Assembly: GCA_018267625.1 (NCBI GenBank)
Contig: JAFDYC010000037.1
Span: 21,736 to 85,735, forward strand
Length of the DNA: 64,000 bases
DNA from: Bacteroidota bacterium
GTDB lineage: Bacteria; Bacteroidota; Bacteroidia; Chitinophagales; Chitinophagaceae
Direction of reading: 5' to 3'
Positions 8,060-15,913 of the stretch are shown here, piece after piece. Position numbers and translations under genes: made by a program. Position 1 is the stretch's first letter. The number at the start of each line of letters is the position of its first letter. The notes beneath the pieces were generated by a model that saw nothing but the letters and a program-made list of their open reading frames with translations, made no database searches and had not been told where the DNA came from.

Positions 8060-9136
8060 TTACATCCTCCGGAACAAGGCCTCGATATCTTCAAGTGTCA
8101 GTTTCGTTTGCCAGTCTTCGCCGATGGCATGGCGCCACATATGTGTAAGGTTAAAAGCCACTTGAGCCATCTTCGTAATAGTCTCATCGCTCCAAGCCTT
8201 GCTGAGGCCCTGCGGTAGTTTGATATCATGCTTCTGAAGCATGGTCTTAAATTCCTTCACACCTTCCGGATAATAGTCTTCCAGATGCTGGAAGGCTACA
8301 CAATTAGCATAGCAATGCTTTTCGTGAAGAATTTTTGAAAGCCCGTAAGAAAGCGCATGACAAACGCCCACCTCTGAATAGGTCAGAGACAAGCCCCCCA
8401 TGAGAGAAGCCACCATCAGTTTATCATCATTAGCCGCCGTTTGCCCTGCCTCATCACCTAAAAAAATGTCGCGGCAAAGCTTAAGCGATTGCTCTGCATA
8501 AGCATGTGAAAAGGCATTGTTCAGCGAGCCATTTTCGCTTTCGATGCAGTGGATATACGTATCCATGCCAGTATAAAACCAACGCTCACGCGGAACCGAG
8601 GCAATCAATTCAGGATCCAGAATCACCTGGTTGAACACCGTCCAGTCACATTTAAGGCCTAGTTTTTTTTCAGGCCCGGTCAGCACAGCCGTCATACTCA
8701 CTTCCGCACCGGTGCCTGAAATTGTAGGAACCCCGAGGTGATAAATGCCGGGTTTCTGAATCAGGTTCAAACCCTGATATTGGGTAGAAGAACCATCATT
8801 CGTAAACATCAGCGACACGGCCTTGGCAATGTCCATAATGCTGCCTCCGCCGATACCTATTACACCGGCTGGAATGCCTTTGGCCTGCATGGTTTCATCG
8901 CGGAGCGCATCTATCTGTTCTGTGGTCGGCTCATGCGGGTCCACATCAATAAAATGAACTAGGTCCCCAGCAGCAGCCGGCAGCCTTTTTTCCAGTTCTT
9001 TTCCTTTGAAGAAATGGTCAACGACAAACAGGAAGAAACCTCCGTTACGGCGTTCGGCCAGGATTTGTTCCATCATCGAAAATGAACCACGGCCGTAGCA
9101 GACCTTCTCAATATTCTTGAAATTCTTATGCTCCAC
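8060..9136 (-). CDS. kdnB: Iron-containing alcohol dehydrogenase family protein; by context KdnB-like (Kdo 8-oxidase)
   Basis: Fe-ADH signature GIGGGSIMDIAKAV and metal His contexts YIHCIE and CHALSYG. The position between kdsA and a DegT aminotransferase plus waaA mirrors the Shewanella Kdo8N locus. Family confidence is about 0.85; the specific function is inferred. Confidence 0.6.
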   Translation of the reverse strand: MEHKNFKNIEKVCYGRGSFSMMEQILAERRNGGFFLFVVDHFFKGKELEKRLPAAAGDLVHFIDVDPHEPTTEQIDALRDETMQAKGIPAGVIGIGGGSIMDIAKAVSLMFTNDGSSTQYQGLNLIQKPGIYHLGVPTISGTGAEVSMTAVLTGPEKKLGLKCDWTVFNQVILDPELIASVPRERWFYTGMDTYIHCIESENGSLNNAFSHAYAEQSLKLCRDIFLGDEAGQTAANDDKLMVASLMGGLSLTYSEVGVCHALSYGLSKILHEKHCYANCVAFQHLEDYYPEGVKEFKTMLQKHDIKLPQGLSKAWSDETITKMAQVAFNLTHMWRHAIGEDWQTKLTLEDIEALFRRM

Positions 9137-9177
9137 AGATTACTTTTTAGAGTTGAAAAAATTGCTTCAGAAGTAAA

Positions 9178-10386
9178 TCAGGCTCTCATCGGGCGTAAGG
9201 CTTGTTCCACACATTGGCTGATTTGTCCGGCCAAGACCTGAACCTCTTCATCTGTCCAGGTGCAACGAATACCAAAGGAAATCAAGCGGCCAATTACTTC
9301 CTGGGATTTGGGCAGTTCCAGATTCGCATAATCCTGTGGTGCACCCAGGAGCTGCACATTCAGCCTGCTGACGGTGCTCATACTCTTAATATGGTCCCAC
9401 TGGTTGATGAAGTGATACATGTTCGTAAACCAATAATTGACCCCACCCACACCTGCTTTATTCAGCTCGGCTACTACCTGCTGAGCCGATACCTTGTCGG
9501 GCAGGAACATGTTCAGGAAGGTGGCACTATCGCCATCTGGGTCGGCCAGCCGGGCAAATGAAACACCAGGTAACTTGCTCAGCGCATCGGTCAGGGCCCT
9601 TTTGTGCCGGCGATTGGCAGCCAACACTTGAGGCACACGGCGCGTTTGCACAGCACCAACGGCGGCATTCATCTCACCAATCCTATAATTAAAACCCAAA
9701 ACAGGATGAGGTTCCATGCCCCGGTTGTTGCCTACGTGGCTGTGGCCATGGTCTGAATAAGTGTCAGCGAGTTTATATACTGCTTCATCATTGGTTATCA
9801 GGACACCTCCTTCACCAGCAGTTGCAATCTTGAAAAAATCGAAAGAGAACGCCCCGGCCTTGCCAAACAAGCCTACCGACTTGCCTTTGTAGGAAGCACC
9901 GAAAGCCTGACCAGCATCATCCACTAATGTCAGATTGTGCTCCCGGCATACTTCCAGTACAGCATCCATATCCCCCATACCGCCGCACATATGCACGATG
10001 CACACAGCCTTGGTCTTGGGTGTTATGGCTTTACGGATGCCTTCGGCAGAAAGGCAAAGAGTCTCATCAATTTCCGCAAACACCGGTAAGGCACCGACAA
10101 ACAGTACCGCCTCGATGGTGGCGATAAAAGTGAACGGAGGGACAATCACTTCATCCCCCGCACCAATGCCCGAAGCTGCCAGAGCCGTGATGACTGCCGT
10201 AGAACCGGAGGAAACAGCATGAGCATATTTCGCACCGGTGATTTTCCGCACCTCAGCTTCAAAGTCACGGGCCTTCCAATGACCGGCGCGTTGGGCATCG
10301 TGGTTGTAACGAAAAAGGACGCCTGTTTCGAGGACGTCCGCAACTTCTTTGCGCTCTTCAGCGCCGAATAATTCTGTTCCGGGCAT
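9178..10386 (-). CDS. kdnA: DegT/DnrJ/EryC1-family PLP aminotransferase; by context KdnA-like (Kdo8N transaminase)
   Basis: PLP-Lys context SFDFFKIATAGEGGV, and AHAVSSGSTAV. I use the ATG at 10386 (MPGTELFGAEE...). The track start at 10425 is a TTG that abuts the waaA stop. Confidence 0.6.
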   Translation of the reverse strand: MPGTELFGAEERKEVADVLETGVLFRYNHDAQRAGHWKARDFEAEVRKITGAKYAHAVSSGSTAVITALAASGIGAGDEVIVPPFTFIATIEAVLFVGALPVFAEIDETLCLSAEGIRKAITPKTKAVCIVHMCGGMGDMDAVLEVCREHNLTLVDDAGQAFGASYKGKSVGLFGKAGAFSFDFFKIATAGEGGVLITNDEAVYKLADTYSDHGHSHVGNNRGMEPHPVLGFNYRIGEMNAAVGAVQTRRVPQVLAANRRHKRALTDALSKLPGVSFARLADPDGDSATFLNMFLPDKVSAQQVVAELNKAGVGGVNYWFTNMYHFINQWDHIKSMSTVSRLNVQLLGAPQDYANLELPKSQEVIGRLISFGIRCTWTDEEVQVLAGQISQCVEQALRPMRA

Positions 10387-10421
10387 GACGATAATGATTT
10401 GGAGCCGCAAAAGTACAGGCT

Positions 10422-11666
10422 TCAATGAGCGACAGGCAGCAAGGAAAGGATTTTAGCAGTTGCTCCTGTTTGCGACACTACCTGCCTGCTCATTGCCTCT
10501 GCCAGCCGCTCCCGCAACGCGTCATCGGATGTCAAAAGCTGCAATCGTTCGTACAATGAAGATTCATCAGCAACTGCAAATGCCAGCCCCAGCCTCACGA
10601 GCTCAACGGCTTCACGAAATTTCTGATAATTGGGCCCCATCACAACGGGCAAGCCAAAAACGGCAGGCTCGAGAACATTATGAATGCCACCCCGGTTAAA
10701 CCCGCCTCCGATACAGGCCAACGCTCCATAACGATATAAAGAAGACAACATGCCGATGTTATCAATCACCAATACGCGCTCCTGCCCGCCCGGCTTGTAT
10801 GCAGAATAGAAAATACATTCCTTCCCGAAGGCTTCCTGAATTGCAGATAAATGCACCGTATCAATTTCATGAGGGGCCAAAACCAGTTTCCAGCCCTGGG
10901 GCATATGGGGCAGGTAGCTGCACAACAACCGTTCATCTTCAGGCCAGGTGCTACCAGCAATAATGAGTTTATCATCGCCGCGGAAAGATTCTATAATAGG
11001 AATCGGCCTCGCTTCAGAAGCAATAGTAGCCACGCGGTCATAGCGTGTGTCGCCAGTGATTACCGCCTTCCCTGCCAGGCCCCGGGCTTGCAGCAAACTG
11101 AGTGAATGTGCATCCTGCAAACTGAGCAAGGAAAACAGGCGAAGCATCTTCCTAAAAAAAAGACCCCACCAGGCAAAGAAAGGTTGCGACTCCCGGAAGA
11201 TGCCCGACACCAGCACAGAAGGAATTTTCCTAAGCGACAATTCGTTCAGGTAGAAATACCAAAACTCATACTTCACAAAAAGTGCCTGTGTAGGTTGCAG
11301 AAAATCGAGAAAACGGGCAGCAGCATGCGGGCCGTCCATAGGCAGGTAACAGACTAAATCGGCAAACGGATAGTCTTTTCGGGGTTCATAACCGGAAGGG
11401 GAAAAGAAACTGAGCAGTACAACACAGCCCGGGTCACGGGCTTTGAGCGCTTCTATCAAGGGCCTGCCTTGTTCAAACTCGCCCAAAGAAGCACAATGCA
11501 TCCAGTAGCGGACCTGATGGGCCTTAGATACCGGAACCTGTTTTGCGAGCCTCTGCCATTGCCCCTTTCGGCCCCTCATCCAGGCCCCAGCTTTTTTATT
11601 CCATAATGAAGAAATTGCGATTGCCGCCTGATAGAGCCAGAGGAAAAGTCGGTAGAGCAGCAGCAC
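10422..11666 (-). CDS. waaA: 3-deoxy-D-manno-octulosonic acid transferase
   Basis: WMHCASLGEFEQGRPLIEAL and the N-terminal LLLYRLFLWLYQ...MRGRKG resemble E. coli WaaA (LLYTALLYLIQP...VRGRKA). The track start (TTG at 11753) spans the upstream terminator hairpin, so I prefer the in-frame GTG at 11666. The start remains uncertain. Confidence 0.8.
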   Translation of the reverse strand: MLLLYRLFLWLYQAAIAISSLWNKKAGAWMRGRKGQWQRLAKQVPVSKAHQVRYWMHCASLGEFEQGRPLIEALKARDPGCVVLLSFFSPSGYEPRKDYPFADLVCYLPMDGPHAAARFLDFLQPTQALFVKYEFWYFYLNELSLRKIPSVLVSGIFRESQPFFAWWGLFFRKMLRLFSLLSLQDAHSLSLLQARGLAGKAVITGDTRYDRVATIASEARPIPIIESFRGDDKLIIAGSTWPEDERLLCSYLPHMPQGWKLVLAPHEIDTVHLSAIQEAFGKECIFYSAYKPGGQERVLVIDNIGMLSSLYRYGALACIGGGFNRGGIHNVLEPAVFGLPVVMGPNYQKFREAVELVRLGLAFAVADESSLYERLQLLTSDDALRERLAEAMSRQVVSQTGATAKILSLLPVAH

Positions 11667-11718
11667 GGCTGCGAAAGTAGGCGAACCGAATACGAAAGGC
11701 GGAGGTATGACAGGAGTA

Positions 11719-11747
11719 GAAAAGCAAAACCCCGCGGGAAGCGGGGT
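11719..11747 (-). terminator. Intrinsic terminator after the 2TM gene
   Basis: 7-bp GC-rich stem accccgc (11729-11735) / gcggggt (11741-11747). On the minus strand it is followed by UUUGCUUUU. Confidence 0.6.
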
Positions 11748-11771
11748 CTTCAATATGAGGGGAAGCTGGAT

Positions 11772-12032
11772 TTAGCCTTGTTTCTTTTCGCGTTCGTATT
11801 TCAGCATTCCTGGGTCTTCATAAGAAGTCCAGAGCGCGCACATATGGCCCACGATGCCAAGGCTCCAGGCAGCTATGACCCAGGCATGCCAGGGATAGGC
11901 CCAGCCACCCTGTGCCTTCATCTCACTCTTGTGCATCATCACCATCGTGACCACGCCAATCACAAAAATGACCGCGTGGATGAAGAAATTCCGCTTGGCG
12001 GCAGCAGTAGGTATGATTCGGTTATGCGACAT
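11772..12032 (-). CDS. Small membrane protein (2TM-domain-like)
   Basis: 86 aa with two hydrophobic helices (FFIHAVIFVIGVVTMVMM and WVIAAWSLGIVGHMCALW) and a basic C-terminal tail. Confidence 0.55.
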   Translation of the reverse strand: MSHNRIIPTAAAKRNFFIHAVIFVIGVVTMVMMHKSEMKAQGGWAYPWHAWVIAAWSLGIVGHMCALWTSYEDPGMLKYEREKKQG

Positions 12033-12224
12033 GGCTCGTTTTGATGTGGCGCAAAGATAGGGGCAATGATTTTTTATGAAAGCCTTAGCCCTTGGCCTGT
12101 TCCGGTTCTGAAATCCAGGCCAACGTTCTGAATTGCATTTGAATTTTTTAGCTGTCTATTACCGCTCAATTTATCAGCAAGGAAGCTGCATCTGGGCACT
12201 GAAGCCGGCTACCAAAAAAGTAAT

Positions 12225-12257
12225 GGAAAAAATAAGGCTGCCTTTTTGAGGCAGCCT
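12225..12257 (-). terminator. Intrinsic terminator after the membrane-protein gene
   Basis: 8-bp stem aggctgcc (12235-12242) / ggcagcct (12250-12257) with a 7-nt loop. A U-rich tail follows on the minus strand. Confidence 0.65.
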
Positions 12258-12279
12258 AACAAAATGAATTTGGGGAAGA

Positions 12280-12846
12280 TTAAGCATGCTGAGCCTTTGC
12301 CTGCTCCTGATGGCGAGGGAGCAGATACCAGCAGCCAAAGAACAGCACCGAGAAAAACAACGAAGAAGCCATGCTCCATTTTAAGAAAGGAAGCCCATCG
12401 GTCAGGGCCATGAGCCAGCCATTGAAGCTGATAGGGCGCTGAAACCCGCCATGGAACATCCAGGTACCGGTATTCGAAAGCAGGAAGTAAACCAAAGGGG
12501 CAGACAAGGCCGCAACGGCAATCCGGCGCAGGTTGATTTGCTTCATAAAAATGCCGAAAAAGCTGAGGCCTCCAAGCAAAATATAATTGAGCCATTGCCC
12601 GTCATAGAGGCCGGGCATGTTTGTGATGCCGGCGCGGGTGAGGCCTTCAAAAAGAGCATCGGAAAGCAGCATGGCTGCGAGGGGCAGGGCAAAAGCCCAT
12701 TTTTTATTAGAGATGACTGCGCCGCCAAAGATGGCCATGGCAATCATAGGGTCGAAGCCATAAGGGCGGCCCGGCACAATGCGGTAGAGCGCAGCAGCAA
12801 GTACCAGCAAGGCAAAGGCTAAGAGCGTGGAATGTTTTTGATTCAT
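12280..12846 (-). CDS. Polytopic membrane protein (DUF6580-like putative transporter component)
   Basis: Start at the ATG at 12846 (MNQKHSTLLAFALLVLAAALYRIV...). About 5 to 6 hydrophobic helices. The family assignment is from memory only. Confidence 0.55.
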   Translation of the reverse strand: MNQKHSTLLAFALLVLAAALYRIVPGRPYGFDPMIAMAIFGGAVISNKKWAFALPLAAMLLSDALFEGLTRAGITNMPGLYDGQWLNYILLGGLSFFGIFMKQINLRRIAVAALSAPLVYFLLSNTGTWMFHGGFQRPISFNGWLMALTDGLPFLKWSMASSLFFSVLFFGCWYLLPRHQEQAKAQHA

Positions 12847-12898
12847 AACATGGAGATATACGAACACAAAAGTAAAGGGAAACGCAGGCAGCCTCATC

Positions 12899-13627
12899 TC
12901 AAATGCCCCTCCGTGCTAAGACCTGCCGGATTTCTTTAGCCCATAGGCTGTAGGCAGCTGCATTAAGGTGGCAGCCATCAGCGCGGGAAAAGGCTGGATT
13001 AAGCGTGCCGCCGGGTGCAATCTGTGGATTCAGGTTGATGAAATCGAAGCCCTGATGAGCAGAAAAGTCAGCGAGTGAATCATTCAGCCGGGCAATGATT
13101 TTGTTTACGGAATCATACGATGCATACACCGGGGATACGTGGGTAATGGCGGTCAGCACCGGAAGTACACCTTGTGCATGAAGGCGGAGGGCAACTTGCC
13201 TGAGGTTAGATAGGATTTTAGGCTCTGCCACGCTCCGGTCTATATCATTGATCCCTCCTTCAATGAATACGATGTGGGGCTTTAGTCGCAATACATAGGG
13301 CACACGGGCGAGGATGCCCCCGGTGACATCGCCCTGCACGCCCCGGGTAGCAACATCGCAGCGATTCAGCAGTTCCTGCCACTCCATTTTTTGGGTCAGG
13401 GAATTACCCAACATGACGATGGTTCGAGGCTCATGGAACAAGGTGTCGAAGTCGAGCACTTCATGGAAAAAGGTATTGTCAGAGTATGAGTAGGGGTGGG
13501 GCGGGGGAGCCGTCCATCGGTGCCAAAGCCTGCCTGCATAATCTTCATGCAAGCAAACTGCCAGCAGCAGCAGGGCCAGGATGATATTTCCAGCCAGCAG
13601 CAGCCTGCATCGGGAAGGATGATTCAT
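12899..13627 (-). CDS. SGNH/GDSL-family hydrolase
   Basis: Block I IVMLGNSLT (GNSL variant of GDSL), block III FIEGGINDI, and a C-terminal DGCHLN (DxxH). Confidence 0.75.
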   Translation of the reverse strand: MNHPSRCRLLLAGNIILALLLLAVCLHEDYAGRLWHRWTAPPPHPYSYSDNTFFHEVLDFDTLFHEPRTIVMLGNSLTQKMEWQELLNRCDVATRGVQGDVTGGILARVPYVLRLKPHIVFIEGGINDIDRSVAEPKILSNLRQVALRLHAQGVLPVLTAITHVSPVYASYDSVNKIIARLNDSLADFSAHQGFDFINLNPQIAPGGTLNPAFSRADGCHLNAAAYSLWAKEIRQVLARRGI

Positions 13628-13641
13628 GTTGTGGGCAGCCT

Positions 13642-15813
13642 TTATTTGACGAGATTCATTTCCTTCAGTAGCCAGCCTGCTCCCCCGAATTTTTCAATAA
13701 TGAAAAGCGTGTAGCGGATGTCCACCGAAATGTTGCGGCAAACAGAGGGGTCAAAATAGAGGTCGCTCATGGTGCCTTCCCAGACACGGTCGAAGTTGGT
13801 GCCAATAAGCTGTCCTTTAGCGTTCAAAACCGGTGAGCCTGAGTTGCCGCCGCTGGTGTGTAAGTCGGCCAGGAAGGCTACAGGAACAGTACGGTCTGTG
13901 TCGTGGTAGGGAATACTCCAGCGGCCGTAATCCTTTTTTTCGTAGAGCAATTTCAGTTTTTCAGGCACCCGAAACTCTTCAACGGAAGGCTGATCTTTTG
14001 CAATGACCCCATTGAGGTTGGTTTGCCAGGAATAGCCTGCAGGCCCATCCGGGTCAATCCCCTTGATGTGGCCATAGCTCAGGCGCAGGCTGAAGTTGGC
14101 ATCCGGGAAGAAGGCACGCTGGGCGCTGTCTTTGGCCAGTTGCGCAGCCATGTACAAGCGATTGAGTGGTTGGATGCGGCGAGCATAATCAGCGAGTACA
14201 GGCAACACTTGTTGTTTGCGTATGTTTTCGATAGCATGATACAGTTGCCAGGCTGGGTCGGCCAGCAAGCGGTTGCTATCAGCCGACGCAAGCAGTGCAT
14301 TGAATCGTGCTTCCGAGCTAAAGGCGGAAGTGCCGAAGACATGCCTTGCCCAACGTACATAGTCCCCATTATTCGCTCGTAGTCCGAAATAAAATTCAGC
14401 AGGTACATAGTGGGGGGCATCTTCAAAAAAAGCAGGCATCAAGACGGAGAACAGCTTTTCATCGGTTGCAGGGTCATAATTTTTGTAAAAGCCTACCCAG
14501 GCATCATGCACTTTTTTAAGCTCATCAGGTTTTGGCTTACGCCAGGCCTCCAGCAGTTTTTCCATTGCGGGTCCTTGGGCGATTAGCTCTATGCCGAGCG
14601 CTCCTTCCCGAATATATTCTTCTGCCCGCAGCGCTTGCCGCACGGCACTGGTCGTAGCCTGGATTTCAGGTAATAAATACCGGGCGTAAGGCAGGCTGGA
14701 TTCGGAATTGGCCCATGCTTGAAAGGCAAATTCCTGTTCCTCTTTTTTGTCAGCAACTTTATTCAGGCGCAAGCCACGGAGTTCGCCCTGCCACTTTTTC
14801 CAGCCATTCGCGAGGCCTGCGCGTTTAGAAGTATATTTCAGAAAGACATCCCGGTCTGCTTTCATTGCCTGATTCCACACGTCCAGTTTTTTGGTTCGCA
14901 GTTCGATGCGGATAGGGTCTTGAATATCGGTGATGAGCCTGAGTTGCGATTGGGAGATATATTCCCTCGTAATGGCAGGGAATCCATAGACCATGGCGAA
15001 ATCGCCCTCCTTGTACCCAGAGGTGCTGATGGAGAAAAATTGCTTGGGCTGGTAGGGTTTGTTGTCTTTGTTGTAGTCAGCGGGTTTCCCGTCTGTTCCT
15101 GCATAAACGCGAAAGAGGGAGAAATCGCCTGTGTGCCGGGGCCACATCCAGTTGTCGGTATCGCCGCCGAACGTGCCGATGCCATTAGGCGGGAAGCCCA
15201 CAAGGCGGATGTCGCGGTACGTTTCGGTCAGGATGACCCAGTATTGGTTGCCTTCGTAAAAAGGTTTGATGCTGGCATCGAGTCCGGTGCTGAGTTTGTA
15301 CCCTTTTTCAAGAGCATGAACCCGAATGTTGATGACTTCATTACGGCTGCTTTCTGAAAGTGTGTCTGGAAGGTCATAAGTGATTTTATCCGTCACATTT
15401 TCCATTTTTCGAACGAACGTGACGGTGAGTCCCGGACAAGGCAATTCTTCACTCTTTTTTTTTGCCCAGAAGCCGGCAGCGAAATAATCATTTTGCATGC
15501 TGCTCAACCGTTGCACGCTTCCATACCCACAATGGTGGTTGGTGAGCACAAGTCCCTGAGCAGAAATAATTTCGCCGGTACATCCGCGGCCAAACAGCAC
15601 AACCGCATTATTCAGGCCAGTACCATTGGCGTTGTAGAGCTGGTCAACAGGGATTTCCAGGCCTTCGGCCCGCATGTCATTGGCATGTAATTTCAGCTTC
15701 GGCGGCAGCCACATTCCTTCCTTTGCGGAAGAAAAAGGGGCACAAAAACCAACCATTAGGGCGAGGATACCCGTCTTAAGAAACAAATTGCGGAAACCTT
15801 GAAAACCTGTCAT
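13642..15813 (-). CDS. S46-family dipeptidyl-peptidase (DPP7/DPP11-like)
   Basis: KEGMWLP mature N-terminus, His context LVLTNHHCG, Ser context SGGNSGSPVLN. The ATG at 15813 gives a signal peptide (MTGFQGFRNLFLKTGILALMVGF...) and avoids overlap with the divergent gene at 15914. Confidence 0.85.
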   Translation of the reverse strand: MTGFQGFRNLFLKTGILALMVGFCAPFSSAKEGMWLPPKLKLHANDMRAEGLEIPVDQLYNANGTGLNNAVVLFGRGCTGEIISAQGLVLTNHHCGYGSVQRLSSMQNDYFAAGFWAKKKSEELPCPGLTVTFVRKMENVTDKITYDLPDTLSESSRNEVINIRVHALEKGYKLSTGLDASIKPFYEGNQYWVILTETYRDIRLVGFPPNGIGTFGGDTDNWMWPRHTGDFSLFRVYAGTDGKPADYNKDNKPYQPKQFFSISTSGYKEGDFAMVYGFPAITREYISQSQLRLITDIQDPIRIELRTKKLDVWNQAMKADRDVFLKYTSKRAGLANGWKKWQGELRGLRLNKVADKKEEQEFAFQAWANSESSLPYARYLLPEIQATTSAVRQALRAEEYIREGALGIELIAQGPAMEKLLEAWRKPKPDELKKVHDAWVGFYKNYDPATDEKLFSVLMPAFFEDAPHYVPAEFYFGLRANNGDYVRWARHVFGTSAFSSEARFNALLASADSNRLLADPAWQLYHAIENIRKQQVLPVLADYARRIQPLNRLYMAAQLAKDSAQRAFFPDANFSLRLSYGHIKGIDPDGPAGYSWQTNLNGVIAKDQPSVEEFRVPEKLKLLYEKKDYGRWSIPYHDTDRTVPVAFLADLHTSGGNSGSPVLNAKGQLIGTNFDRVWEGTMSDLYFDPSVCRNISVDIRYTLFIIEKFGGAGWLLKEMNLVK

Positions 15814-15913
15814 TCTTATTGAATTTTGGAATAAAAATAGCCGTTCGGCCAGCAAGTTTGGGGCGAATGGGTATATTAGCCCACTGTTGTAAAGCCATCT
15901 ATTATTACCGTCT

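Noticed and set aside
10387-10425. N-terminal extensions given by the ORF track for several genes. These are TTG or GTG starts at 10425, 11753, 28831 and 58745, and upstream ATG-containing extensions at 15921, 23652, 24323 and 24456.
   Set aside because: Each extension removes an otherwise good signal peptide or lipobox, overlaps a neighbouring gene, or spans a terminator hairpin. Internal starts were preferred, and the remaining uncertainty is noted per feature.
12209-12595. 128-aa ORF overlapping the 3' half of the membrane-protein gene and running through its terminator.
   Set aside because: It uses an alternative frame of the same strand and spans the 12225-12257 terminator hairpin. The 12280-12846 frame gives a coherent polytopic protein.
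15455-15463. A9 homopolymer (T9 on the plus strand) inside the S46 peptidase CDS, encoding KKK, considered as a possible slipped-strand phase-variation tract.
   Set aside because: A single window cannot show length heterogeneity. The frame is intact, and lysine-run poly-A tracts of this length are common. This stays speculation only.
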